From Candidatus Poribacteria bacterium (GTDB taxonomy: Bacteria > Poribacteria > WGA-4E > PCPOR2b): 64,000 bases of DNA. This document shows, one piece after another, positions 31,020 through 41,206 of the stretch (the stretch's first letter is position 1; each line of letters opens with the position of its first letter). The position numbers and the translations under genes are program-made. Below the pieces are notes generated by a model. That model was given only the letters and a program-made list of their open reading frames with translations, ran no database searches and had not been told where the DNA came from. The stretch spans positions 3,520,001-3,584,000 of the forward strand of contig OZ244042.1 in the NCBI GenBank assembly GCA_965215015.1. The letters run 5' to 3'.

Positions 31020-31099
31020 TGTCTCCGCCTCCTTAGTTATCGGTCATGCTGTTCGGGAATAGGTTTCAATCTGATGCCCCGGTAAGATTAGAATTTAAA

Positions 31100-31445
31100 G
31101 CAACTTGAGACTTTTGTCGGTTGATTTTCCAAAATCGAAAATGCCGAGAACATTGTGCTATAATCTAGGTTCAATCACCCCGGGTTACTGCGCTATAGTC
31201 CGGGGCGTTTGTCGAGATGTGAATCTTGACCTACAGGCTAGGCGTAACGAAATCCCGATCTATCGGAGCTGAGATCGGCACCCGTAGGTCGGTCATCTTG
31301 CCCGACCGCTCCGTGCTGAAAGCCTTCGACATGACAATCCGCATCGGTTGGGCGATCAAGCTCAACCGCTGAATGGTTGACATTTTCTAGATTTCTAATT
31401 GGCGACCACACAATGTCAACACGCTCTAGCCACTTGAGTTATTGT
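31100..31445. repeat. Cluster of REP-like palindromes
   Basis: TGTCGGTTGATTTTCCAAAATCGA and TGTCGAGATGTGAATCTTGACC recur at about 55064-55126; CCCGATCTATCGGGA; GTAGGTCGG...CCGACC. Confidence 0.55.
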
Positions 31446-31450
31446 AAACG

Positions 31451-32278
31451 CTAGGGCCACTGCGTTTCAAAGGCATCGGTTCCATCGCCATATACCAACT
31501 TACCGTATGCCTCCCAAAGCGGGAGATTTTGTGAGAGGTGTTCCCCTCCCTTCAGGGCGATTAGGTTCTCTTCCAATTGTGCTAGCGTTGTTGGTGCGGT
31601 TAGTGCAATATGGACAGCGGGATGGTGCAGGACATATTGATAGCAATACGCCGCGCTTGGTACAGGACCGTCCCAATCTTGATGACCTGTCAGCAGCGAT
31701 CCCCACCGTGTGCATGTAAATGCAACCACCGGAATCCCAGCGTTAAGTGCTGCCGGGAGTACCTGTTCTTCTGCCCCTCGGTGTGCCATGTTATAACGGT
31801 GCATAAGCACATCAATGCGCCCACTCTCAATGAGCTCGACTGCCATCGGTCGGTTATGTGCTGTGGCACCGACGTAACGGATGAGTCCTTCGGCTTTCCA
31901 ACGATGCAGTTCGTCAAACACACCCCTCGCGCCCAGCAGCGTGCTCATGTTATCCCCAGGAGCGACATACTCTGCGTAGAAGACATCCACTGCCTCTACC
32001 TCCAGTTGACGCCGTATTTGATCGAGGTAGGTACGCAGCGTTTTGGGGTTGCGAGATTCGCTTCCCATTGCTACGACTATCGACTCCCGATTGTCGGCTA
32101 GCAAGGATTTCAGTTCGCCGATGAGTATTGGATATGACTGATTATAAAAGAAGAAGTAATTGATACCCGCATCATAAGCCTTGATAACACAGCCTTCCTC
32201 CATATTTGGATTGCCCGCCAAACCGAGCGGTTGTACCGGTTGGTTCAGCAGGGTTGTTATCTCGACAGTTTTTTCCAT
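31451..32278 (-). CDS. Aldo/keto reductase family protein
   Basis: GINYFF, GLIRYVGATAH, YNMAHR, QLEENL. Confidence 0.85.
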   Translation of the reverse strand: MEKTVEITTLLNQPVQPLGLAGNPNMEEGCVIKAYDAGINYFFFYNQSYPILIGELKSLLADNRESIVVAMGSESRNPKTLRTYLDQIRRQLEVEAVDVFYAEYVAPGDNMSTLLGARGVFDELHRWKAEGLIRYVGATAHNRPMAVELIESGRIDVLMHRYNMAHRGAEEQVLPAALNAGIPVVAFTCTRWGSLLTGHQDWDGPVPSAAYCYQYVLHHPAVHIALTAPTTLAQLEENLIALKGGEHLSQNLPLWEAYGKLVYGDGTDAFETQWP

Positions 32279-32330
32279 AAGCCACTCCCGTGTTTTCTAT
32301 CTTCACAATAGCCCCACATCATATATCCTC

Positions 32331-32358
32331 ATTATACACCTTTGCATCGCCGTGTCAA
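32331..32358 (-). promoter_or_regulatory. Sigma70 promoter for the aldo/keto reductase
   Basis: Minus strand TTGACA-16 nt-TATAAT. Confidence 0.65.
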
Positions 32359-32480
32359 CCAAATTTTTGTATACATCTACTGAGATGTGTGCTAATATAA
32401 TCGATGCGGAATCGAACGCGGGAAATTATTTCTACCTCGAATTGAGCAACCTATTCTAATAGAGTCTAGACATTGTCGAT

Positions 32481-32540
32481 CCTTCCCCCGCAAGCAGGGG
32501 GAGGAGAACCGTGTGGGTACTCGGGATTAGAGGGGGTGCC
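32481..32540. repeat. CCCCCGCAAGCAGGGGG / GATTAGAGGGGG palindromic repeat
   Basis: Inverted copy of 6333-6390; core also at about 25521-25550 and 55185-55213. Confidence 0.65.
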
Positions 32541-32612
32541 TACCCAAGATATAGAATGCCAGAATACTGAAACTTAAAACCGTCTCAAGTAGATAAAGAT
32601 AGATTCAGTTTG

Positions 32613-34151
32613 TCAAATGTCAACAGAACCTACCTGTTTTATGTGGGGTTGATGACCTCTAGCTTGTGTAGGGAACGCAAATCTGCGTTCCCTATTATTG
32701 ACGAAATCCGAAACATAAAAGACAAGCCCAATAAGAAACCAGAAGATTAGCAGTGGTCGTTGATGGAGAATCTGATCTGCGAGTCCGTAGACAAGGGCGG
32801 AAATCAGAAAACCGCTGCCTCCGATGAACAGACCGGAACACCAGAAATCGTCCCTTTTGCGTAGAGCAAAAAGCTGACGGAAGATGAGAAAGAGTATCGC
32901 TAAAAACAGAATTAGCGATGGAATTCCCTGTTCGACAGCGATGTGCAGGTAGATGTTATGAGCGTGATACGGTTTGTGGTGGGTGCCTGCCGGGGCGTGT
33001 AGTTGGTATTCATGGCGAAACCTCCCCAAACCGATGCCGGTGATTGGATGCTTCGCTATCAGTTGGGCGGACGTTTTCCACCATTGGGGACGCTCGCTCA
33101 GAAAGCCCTGTGGACGTTGGCGAATCGTCTCAAATCGATCCTTGACGGTCTGGGGCATCAAGGAGGGGGATAGAAGCACGAGGGCTAGCAATCCCCAGAG
33201 TAATTTCCGCTGAAAATAGATTGCGATATAAATTGTTGCAACAAACACTCCAATCCATGCAGCCCGCGTAAGTGTGAGTGCGAGGTTAGCCCCTATTGCA
33301 CATAAGAGAACCCCTAACACGGCGATGTGCTTCCAGTTTCGGGGTACGTGCCAGCTTGCAACAAAGTAGCCTATCGCTATCGGCATAACAATTACGAGGT
33401 AAGCCCCTAAGTCGTTAGGCATCTTGAAAGTGCCGGCGAGTCGAGGTTCAATCATGTAAACTTTGAATTGCCCCTCGCTTTTCCAGACAGCGTACTTGCG
33501 GTTGTTACTATCATCCACTATCAACCAATCCCCATATTTTGTCGAAGGGAAAATGGTTGCATTTTGAGAGAGCTGTCTGCCGTTTTTCTCATAGGCCCGC
33601 TGCAAATCCTCCGAGATCCGAACCCCGTCGTTACGGTGGGCTGCATGATTGAAATGGCTTTCTAATTCTGGGTCTATGTTGAACATATAGGCGGTTCCCA
33701 TGTGTGTGCCGGTTGCGTAAAAAAATAGACCAAGGACAGAGGAAAAACCCCCGGCAAACACAAAGGTGATGATAAGATAACGCCAACGATGACCTATCCT
33801 ACTGTGGACGACAGCATAAAACAGTAACGCAGCTCGGAGCAGTTTCCAAAAATACCCCAGACTACTTGGTGCTGGATGCGGTGCAAAAAGTGAAGCGACA
33901 AGCGCAAGGAGAAGAAAGATGGCAAGCGGGAGGTCTAGCGGTGTTCTTTTCCATTCAAACCGACGTTCGTGGCAGATACGCCCTACCCACCCAAACAGTA
34001 CGAGTAGTAGACTCGCGTTCAAAATTGCCGTTGCATAGCCGAACGGGAGAATAAGTACGAAAAGAAGAAAGCCGACGTAGATAGCCAGATCGAAACACTG
34101 GCTTGGGCAGCGATAGTATTGAGTTGCGATTTGCCGAATTTTGTCTAACAT
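32613..34151 (-). CDS. O-antigen ligase (Wzy_C) family membrane protein
   Basis: RTPLD, GTFKMPNDLGAYL, TLTRAAW, PITGIGLG, HAHNIYL, EQGI. Confidence 0.9.
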   Translation of the reverse strand: MLDKIRQIATQYYRCPSQCFDLAIYVGFLLFVLILPFGYATAILNASLLLVLFGWVGRICHERRFEWKRTPLDLPLAIFLLLALVASLFAPHPAPSSLGYFWKLLRAALLFYAVVHSRIGHRWRYLIITFVFAGGFSSVLGLFFYATGTHMGTAYMFNIDPELESHFNHAAHRNDGVRISEDLQRAYEKNGRQLSQNATIFPSTKYGDWLIVDDSNNRKYAVWKSEGQFKVYMIEPRLAGTFKMPNDLGAYLVIVMPIAIGYFVASWHVPRNWKHIAVLGVLLCAIGANLALTLTRAAWIGVFVATIYIAIYFQRKLLWGLLALVLLSPSLMPQTVKDRFETIRQRPQGFLSERPQWWKTSAQLIAKHPITGIGLGRFRHEYQLHAPAGTHHKPYHAHNIYLHIAVEQGIPSLILFLAILFLIFRQLFALRKRDDFWCSGLFIGGSGFLISALVYGLADQILHQRPLLIFWFLIGLVFYVSDFVNNRERRFAFPTQARGHQPHIKQVGSVDI

Positions 34152-34244
34152 GATGGGTAGAGTTCCTAGGATGCGTGTCAGAACATAAACTACGGTGTGT
34201 TGTCCATAAATGTAACATATCAGGTGTCGAAAGAACGAATAAAA

Positions 34245-35017
34245 ATGACACCAGTTGAAGGGCCTGAATGTATCACTGGTAGAGACAGCGCATCAATGGT
34301 GCTGATTCCCGCCGGGGAATTTCTCATGGAGACACCCCATGACGATGACATGGGTTACACAACCGAGTTTCAGAAGGAGAAGCCTCAACACGTTCCCTAT
34401 TTAGATGCGTTCCACATCGATGTGTACCAAGTCGCCAACGCTCAATACAAAAAGTTCATGGATACCACAGGACAACCGCTACCAAGCGAATAGGACAATC
34501 TTGATTTCAACGTGCCCAATCGGTCTGTCGTCGGTGTAAATTGGTATGATGCCCTTACTTATGCCGAGTGGGCGGAGAAGCGACTTCCTACTGAAGCCGA
34601 ATGGGAGAAAGCCGCACGTGGCGGCCTTATCAACAAGCGAGACCCATGGGGCGATGAACCATCAGATGGTACACTGTGCAACTTCAAAGATTAAGACATT
34701 GACATCAACACATTATACCATCCAAATGTAATGTGGACGATGGCTATTGATACACCGATCCTGTGGAGAGCTATCCACTCAACGGCTTTGGTCTCTACGA
34801 CATAGCGGAAAATGTGTTTGAATGATGCGCGGATGACCGAATTAGTTACGCGAAATCTCCACACCGAGTCCCGGTAGGACCAACGGACAGGAAAGCGCGA
34901 ACTGTTCGCGGTGGTGCCTTTCTCAGTTCAATTTTTCACTGCCGTGTGACCCGTCGCGGTAGATGTCTGGTTCATATCAAAAGTAGTAATATCGGGTTCT
35001 GTTGCACGATTTCTTAA
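34245..35017 (+). pseudogene. Formylglycine-generating enzyme (SUMF1/FGE-sulfatase) family pseudogene
   Basis: [49 protein letters not shown] motifs interrupted by TAG 34491, TAA 34692, further TGAs and frameshifts. Confidence 0.85.
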
Positions 35018-35044
35018 CATGAGCGTAAATAAGGGGAGATAATC

Positions 35045-35665
35045 ATGGATCAGGCCCAAGACCTCAAGAATGCACTATTTGAGGCAGCTAAAAATGGAGA
35101 TCTTGATCAGGTTCAGCAGCTTGTCGAAAGCGGTGCCGATGTGAATGCCGTGGATGGGCATCACATCACGCCGTTTTTGTGGGCATACTTCGATGGTCAC
35201 ACTGAGGTTGTGAAATACCTATTAAGCAAAGGTGGAAACGTCAATCACGATGAATTTAGTGAGGGGACGCTTTTAACACTTGCTGCCTTCACTGGCGATG
35301 TTGGGTTCATCCCCTATCTGCTTGAGATAGGCGCGGAGATTGACCACACCATGCCGCGGGGCGGTGAGACGGCGTTGCATCATGCTGCGGATAACGATCA
35401 AACTGCCGCTATCAAGCTGCTCATCCACCACGGTGCCGATGTCAATCACCGAACAAAACACCACGGTCCCTCCGAGTTAAATTTCGGAACGTTTTGGGGG
35501 GAGACACCGCTACATGTCGCTGCGGTGCGGGGTGATAGGGAGATGATTGAAACCCTGCTCGCTGCGGGAGCGGATAAAACGATTAAAACAGCGAAAGGAG
35601 AAACGCCTCTCGACCAGGCGGGACGACACCAGAGGTCCGAGGAGATTCTCCAACTGCTTCGATAG
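35045..35665 (+). CDS. Ankyrin repeat protein
   Basis: GADVN, ETALHHAA, GETPLHVAA, GETPLD repeats. Confidence 0.93.
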   Translation: MDQAQDLKNALFEAAKNGDLDQVQQLVESGADVNAVDGHHITPFLWAYFDGHTEVVKYLLSKGGNVNHDEFSEGTLLTLAAFTGDVGFIPYLLEIGAEIDHTMPRGGETALHHAADNDQTAAIKLLIHHGADVNHRTKHHGPSELNFGTFWGETPLHVAAVRGDREMIETLLAAGADKTIKTAKGETPLDQAGRHQRSEEILQLLR

Positions 35666-35696
35666 GATTGTATGACTCGACAACCGGAGGTATGTT

Positions 35697-36716
35697 GTGA
35701 AGGGATTTGGATTGTTATCTCTGCTTTTCGCCGTTGGTTTTCTAGCTTCTGCCGTAGGTGCTCAACAGAACGAAATGATAATTCCCCAGTTGTGGTCTCT
35801 CTTTGGCGTGAGCCAGCATCCGCCGGGCGATCGTTTACTACCTGAGGTTTCTCGGCGCATTGTCTTCAGTTTGGACAATACTAAAATCATCTCCAAACTA
35901 GTAGATGGACGCGTCAAGCAGTGGGATTTAGAAACCCGCGAAGAAAAACATATCACTACGACCAACGACCTATTTGCATACTCGCCGGCTCGCAATTTGC
36001 TCTTGGTCAGAAAAGAGAATTCTGATGTCACGCTTATCGCTCTGGACACCAATCACGAGACAATTCTTACCAATGGTGCATTTGAAAACGGGAGTCTGTC
36101 CGGAAACGGGAAATTCGTTGCACTGTCGGGGGGAAATAAAGAGATAGAAATCTGGGACGTAGACCAAAAGCGGCTGCTTAAGCATCTAAACACCATTGAG
36201 CCGGTGAGAAATGGTCTAGCTATTTCTCACGATGGACAGTACGTTGCAGCAGCTGAAGGCACGTACCGGGATGGGGAGGGGCATCGCACGAAGGTTGAAG
36301 TGTGGGACATCAAGGAAGACTCCCCGGCAGATCTGATTGATACCGGTATCATCTTGGGTGTTTGGAATGTACATTTTTCTCCTGACGCTTCAATGCTCGC
36401 TGTGGATAGTCAAATACAGGCGCAGGCTGGAATTCGTGTATGGGACAGAAGTACAAGAAGCCAACTATTTCAGAAAGACCTCTTGAAGGTGTATTGGGTG
36501 CGTGCCCTTACGTTTGCATCGGAGGGGAAATACATCGCGTTCGGCGATGAATCGGGAGTGATAGGACTCTGGAATATCAAAGAAGGTAAAGAGGCGTTTA
36601 CACTGAAAATCGATGCCGGAATTGAATCCCTTGCGTTTTCTCATGATGGGAAGCATATGGCAGTTGGGCTTTTCGATTCGACAGTTCAAATCTGGGAGAT
36701 CAAATCCGATCTCTAG
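35697..36716 (+). CDS. Secreted WD40 repeat (beta-propeller) protein
   Basis: Signal peptide; repeated FSxDG...xWD units. Confidence 0.88.
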   Translation: MKGFGLLSLLFAVGFLASAVGAQQNEMIIPQLWSLFGVSQHPPGDRLLPEVSRRIVFSLDNTKIISKLVDGRVKQWDLETREEKHITTTNDLFAYSPARNLLLVRKENSDVTLIALDTNHETILTNGAFENGSLSGNGKFVALSGGNKEIEIWDVDQKRLLKHLNTIEPVRNGLAISHDGQYVAAAEGTYRDGEGHRTKVEVWDIKEDSPADLIDTGIILGVWNVHFSPDASMLAVDSQIQAQAGIRVWDRSTRSQLFQKDLLKVYWVRALTFASEGKYIAFGDESGVIGLWNIKEGKEAFTLKIDAGIESLAFSHDGKHMAVGLFDSTVQIWEIKSDL

Positions 36717-36757
36717 CGTTTTCTCGGAATTTTTATGAATTGGAGGGCAAATCTGTT

Positions 36758-37267
36758 ATGGATCCAGAAGGTGACACATCATATACGGATGCAAAAGGTC
36801 GTACCCGTTGGCGACGCAATGACGAAACTGCTAAGAAACTCCAGCAACTCCACGAGCTCTTGGTCATTGGGGGCTACGAGGAATCCCATGCTACACGATA
36901 TTCAAGATTAGCCTACACTATTTCGCGCCACCCGGAATCGATAGAGGAATTGCATCGGAAAGGACGTTTGGCGACAATCTCCGGCGTCGGTGAAACGATT
37001 GCTGAGATTATCGGTGAGTTTATCGAGACGGGTACATGCACAAAGCTAGAGGAATTCGCTGAGCACACCCCGAAAACTGTGCTGGAGTTGACAGCACTTC
37101 CCGGGGTTGGTATCAAAACTGCAAAGGCGTTGTACGATGAGCTTGGTATTAATAGCCTTGCCTCTCTTGACGCAGCACTTAATGAAGGTAGGCTTGAAGG
37201 GCTCAAACTCATGACAAAAAGGACCCAGGAGAAGATTCGACAGCACATCAGCGAAACTCTAAAATGA
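36758..37267 (+). CDS. Stand-alone DNA polymerase X N-terminal (8-kDa/HhH) domain protein
   Basis: ISGVGETIA and LPGVGIKTAKALYDELGI HhH motifs; ends before palm and PHP domains. Confidence 0.78.
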   Translation: MDPEGDTSYTDAKGRTRWRRNDETAKKLQQLHELLVIGGYEESHATRYSRLAYTISRHPESIEELHRKGRLATISGVGETIAEIIGEFIETGTCTKLEEFAEHTPKTVLELTALPGVGIKTAKALYDELGINSLASLDAALNEGRLEGLKLMTKRTQEKIRQHISETLK

Positions 37268-37360
37268 CAGCGTCGTGTTTCTATCTACCAATTGATGCTT
37301 TATAGGTATGGAATATGGACGGCGAACTCAAATCCAAACCGCGGCAAAGGAGACAAAAAA

Positions 37361-38188
37361 ATGGAAAGACAAGATCAACCGTCTCAACCTACGCCAGAAT
37401 CTTCACGCCGCCTTGTCGGCAAGGTGGCAGCCGTTACCGGTGCAGGTCAGGGAATTGGCCGGGAAACTGTCTGCCGGTTGGCTCAGGAGGGAGCGTCGAT
37501 CTTCGCCAGCGACATCAGGGAAGATCTGCTAGAGAAACTGGAAAATGACGTCAAAGCGATTGGTGTTACTATCGCCATAGAAATCTTTGACGCTGCCAAA
37601 GCGGCGGACGCCCCACCTTTTGTTCAGGCGGTTGTCGAGCGGTATGGACGTATTGATATCATGGTCAACAACGCTGGAGGCATACGGACACAGCCGTTCC
37701 CAAATGTCACAGAAGAGACATGGGACTGGACGATCAACCTGAACCTCAAAGGACCTTATTTTTATATGCAGGAAGCGGCGAAACGGATGATAGCGCAAAA
37801 AAGGGGTACGATCATCAACATCGCCTCGGTGGCTGGAATTGCTGGGGGAATGACCTACTCGCCGCCTTATGCAGCGAGCAAGGCAGCAATCATTAATCTC
37901 ACTAAAGTGGCTGCCGCTAACCTCGCGGAGCACGGGGTTACGGTCAACGCTATCGCCCCCGGTATTGTAGAAACAGCTTTTAACTGGACGCTCGATGACC
38001 TGATAGGAGTTCAGCAGATGGGGCTGGCCCCCGGCGAGTTTATGGAGTGTCGCCGTGCCTCTATTCCACTGGGTCGGCTTCAGCAGCCGCAAGACATTGC
38101 CAACGTTGCGGCTTTTCTGGCAGGGCCAGATGCTTCCGAGATGACGGGCGAGACGGTTGTCGTTTCCGGTGGGTTGGTAACGCGGTGA
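37361..38188 (+). CDS. SDR family oxidoreductase
   Basis: TGAGQGIG, VNNAG, YAASK, VNAIAPG. Confidence 0.93.
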   Translation: MERQDQPSQPTPESSRRLVGKVAAVTGAGQGIGRETVCRLAQEGASIFASDIREDLLEKLENDVKAIGVTIAIEIFDAAKAADAPPFVQAVVERYGRIDIMVNNAGGIRTQPFPNVTEETWDWTINLNLKGPYFYMQEAAKRMIAQKRGTIINIASVAGIAGGMTYSPPYAASKAAIINLTKVAAANLAEHGVTVNAIAPGIVETAFNWTLDDLIGVQQMGLAPGEFMECRRASIPLGRLQQPQDIANVAAFLAGPDASEMTGETVVVSGGLVTR

Positions 38189-38206
38189 TGATTCAAAGGA
38201 AAAGTT

Positions 38207-39964
38207 ATGATCAAAGAATCAGTATTATCAAAACCTCAATATGAAACAACTCATAAAAAGAATCAAGAAATTTCCATGCGGGACGGCACGATTCTTCGCG
38301 CTAACATCACCCGTCCCAACGGGGATGGCAAGTTTCCGGTGCTGTTAGAGCGCACACCGTATAACAAGGAAGGTGGATCCGAAAATGGAGTGAGGTCCCC
38401 CCAATTCTTCGCGCAGCGGGGATATGTCGTCATTATCCAAGATGTGCGCGGCAGGTTTGCTTCTGAAGGTGACTTTTACCCATTTCGGGACGATGGGGCG
38501 GGGATAAACCGCGACGGCTATGATACCATTGAGTGGGCGGCGGTGCAACCGTGGTCTGATGGCAATGTAGGAACGATCGGCGGTTCCTATTCTGGTGCCA
38601 CGCAGTACAGAAACGCGCTGAGTCGTCCGCCTCACCTACGGGCGATGTTTGTCCGTGAGTCCTCCGCGGATTACTATCAGGAATGGGTGTACCGAAGTGG
38701 TGCATTTGAGCTCGCGTTCAATATGGCTTGGGCGCATGGTGTGACGTTGACTAATCTCGCACACCTTGCAGAAGGGGAGGAATTTAATCGACAAAAGGGC
38801 AGACTCGAAAGGGTTCAGGAGGAGATGGATAGCTGGTATGCGCGACTTCCGTTGTATCCATGTCCGTTCTTTGAGGATTTGAGCGATTGGTTCAACGATT
38901 GGCTTCAACACCCGGTGGCGGATGGATACTGGGACCTCTTTAACATCGACAAATTCCACGATCAGATAGAAACGCCCATGTACCACCTAGGGGGATGGTT
39001 TGACATCTTTTTGGCGGGGACTTTCAAGCACTATATGGGTATTAAGCAGCGTGGGCGCACAGAAAAAGCGCGCCAGGGCCAAAAGCTGATTATTGGTCCT
39101 TGGGTGCATGGCCCTGGGAACATCAACACCCAATTTGCCGGTGAATTCGATTTCGGTGTTGATGCGGCTAAGGATTTCAACGAAATGCGTCTCCCTTGGT
39201 TCGATTATTGGCTCAAGGGAATTGACACAGGGGTTATGGATGTACCGCCGGTACGCATTTTCGTGATGGGGCGCAACGAATGGCGCGATGAGTCCGATTG
39301 GCCCCTGCCCGACACGCAGTACACGAACTATTATCTGCACGGTGGACAGAGCGGTTCAGTCAAATCATTGAACGATGGAACCCTATTGCCAAAGCCTCCC
39401 GAAGGCAGTGAAAATCCTGATAGTTTTGTGTACGATCCACTCCAACCCATTCCCACTCAAGGAGGCAACACATTAAATGTACCCGGCGGCGTTTATGACC
39501 AGCGCGAGGTTGAGCAACTGTGTCTTACATTCACCAGCGAGTTATTAACGGAAGAACTCGAGGTCACGGGCCCTGTGAAGGCTGTGATATATGGGTTGTC
39601 CTCCGCGCCGGATACCGATTGGGTTGTGCGGCTCACCGATGTGCACCCAGACGGTTACTCGCGGTTATTATGCGACGGCATCCTTCGCGCACGATACAGA
39701 GATTCTTTCGAGCACCCTGAGCTGTTGGAGATTGGCAAGGTATATAGATATGAGATTGATATGTGGGCAACGAGCAACGTTTTCCTGCCTGGGCATCGGG
39801 TTCGCGTGTCGGTCACGAGTAGTTGTTTTCCTCGGTTTGACCGAAATCTCAACACCGGTGGATCTATTCACAATGAGGCCGTTGGGCAGGTTGCTATCAA
39901 CACGGTCATGCACGATGAGATGAGACCTTCCCACATTGTGCTGCCTGTGATTAAACGAGGATGA
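38207..39964 (+). CDS. CocE/NonD family hydrolase
   Basis: MRDG, RTPY, QDVRGRFASEG, GGSYSG, GGWFD, GPWVH, FPRFDRN. Confidence 0.93.
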   Translation: MIKESVLSKPQYETTHKKNQEISMRDGTILRANITRPNGDGKFPVLLERTPYNKEGGSENGVRSPQFFAQRGYVVIIQDVRGRFASEGDFYPFRDDGAGINRDGYDTIEWAAVQPWSDGNVGTIGGSYSGATQYRNALSRPPHLRAMFVRESSADYYQEWVYRSGAFELAFNMAWAHGVTLTNLAHLAEGEEFNRQKGRLERVQEEMDSWYARLPLYPCPFFEDLSDWFNDWLQHPVADGYWDLFNIDKFHDQIETPMYHLGGWFDIFLAGTFKHYMGIKQRGRTEKARQGQKLIIGPWVHGPGNINTQFAGEFDFGVDAAKDFNEMRLPWFDYWLKGIDTGVMDVPPVRIFVMGRNEWRDESDWPLPDTQYTNYYLHGGQSGSVKSLNDGTLLPKPPEGSENPDSFVYDPLQPIPTQGGNTLNVPGGVYDQREVEQLCLTFTSELLTEELEVTGPVKAVIYGLSSAPDTDWVVRLTDVHPDGYSRLLCDGILRARYRDSFEHPELLEIGKVYRYEIDMWATSNVFLPGHRVRVSVTSSCFPRFDRNLNTGGSIHNEAVGQVAINTVMHDEMRPSHIVLPVIKRG

Positions 39965-40054
39965 AAGGGCTCTGCTGCGCTATCGCTATTGGTATGGAGG
40001 GGTGGGGATCGCTTTTCAACTAGAGAAGGGTGCGGCGATGAATTGGTTAGTTAC

Positions 40055-41206
40055 TCAGTCCTCACGTGGAGGTTGAGGACGTGTCAGCTCGGCTGTCAGT
40101 GCTTCGATGGACTGACTCAGTACTAAATCTTCCTTGAGCAGTGTTTCAATTCGTTGACAACTTCTCACGACTGTTGCTCGGCTTTGCCCAAATCCTTGGT
40201 GAATCTCTTTCAGGGAAAGGGTGGTCAACTGACGCGCAAGATACATTCCGACTTGTCGAGGGAGTACAAACCGGCGTTCCCGCTTTCGAGAACATAGGTC
40301 TGATAAGGTGAGATGAAAATACCTAGCAACAGTCTCCTGAATATGTTCTAGCGTGATTGTGTCGGGAGGAGGTCGATCCGGGGTCTTGTTCTCCAGCACA
40401 TGATGAACAGCTTGGAGGGTCAAGGGTGTCCCCAAACGCACCTCTGCCATTAATCGGTTGAGTGCCCCTTCTAGCTGACGAATGTGTTGTGTCAAATGCT
40501 TTGCCAAGTAACGGAGTATTTTCAAAGGCACGGGCCCAGATTCGCGTTCTTTTAATTTCTGCTTCAGGATTGAAACCCGCAAATCAAACTCCGGCGCACA
40601 AATTTCAACGATGTGCCCCTGCATCGGGCTATTGGACGAATCCCAAAACTCCTGCAGAAATTGCGGCAAACTATCGCAGGTACATGCAAGCCGTTGACCT
40701 CGTTCGTTTAAGCAGTTTAGTAAATGGAAAAACTCTTCCTGAATTTCTTGCTCCGGCGATAAAAATTGAATGTCGTCAATTAGCAACAGATCGACATGCT
40801 CATACTGTTGCCGCAATGCGGCAGCTTTCCGAGGGTCCGCGATGGATCGAAGCCATTCACGCATAAATTTCTCTGCTGATGAGCAGTACACCGTACGATT
40901 CAGATGCCCCTGCCGAAATTGGTTCCCCATTGCATGCAACAGATGGGTTTTGCCTAGCCCAACCCCGCCATGTATAATTAATGCTCCCCCCACCTTTCCG
41001 CCCCCATTCATCATGTTTTTCGCTGCATCATGCGCCTCTTGATTACTTTGCCCAACGACAAACCGATCAAAAGTTAATGCTGGATTTAGTCCTGAATTAG
41101 CAGGTGCACGTGGTGCTGAGGTTGGCATACTAGTCGGTAATTCAGAAGGCTGTGAGGCTAGAGATTGGAAAGGGCGATCATCGCTGCCGCCATTCGAGTG
41201 GTTCAT
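40055..41206 (-). CDS. DnaA-family paralogue (domains III and IV only, divergent)
   Basis: LNPALTFDRFVVG.SN, GGVGLGKTHL, LLIDDIQFL, QEEFFH, IRQLEGAL, PRQVGMYLAR. Confidence 0.85.
   Translation of the reverse strand: MNHSNGGSDDRPFQSLASQPSELPTSMPTSAPRAPANSGLNPALTFDRFVVGQSNQEAHDAAKNMMNGGGKVGGALIIHGGVGLGKTHLLHAMGNQFRQGHLNRTVYCSSAEKFMREWLRSIADPRKAAALRQQYEHVDLLLIDDIQFLSPEQEIQEEFFHLLNCLNERGQRLACTCDSLPQFLQEFWDSSNSPMQGHIVEICAPEFDLRVSILKQKLKERESGPVPLKILRYLAKHLTQHIRQLEGALNRLMAEVRLGTPLTLQAVHHVLENKTPDRPPPDTITLEHIQETVARYFHLTLSDLCSRKRERRFVLPRQVGMYLARQLTTLSLKEIHQGFGQSRATVVRSCQRIETLLKEDLVLSQSIEALTAELTRPQPPRED

Noticed and set aside
34690-34830. TGA codons in the FGE-like gene as selenocysteine or recoding
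   Set aside because: They occur with TAG, TAA and frameshifts, and at least one replaces an expected Trp, so it is a pseudogene
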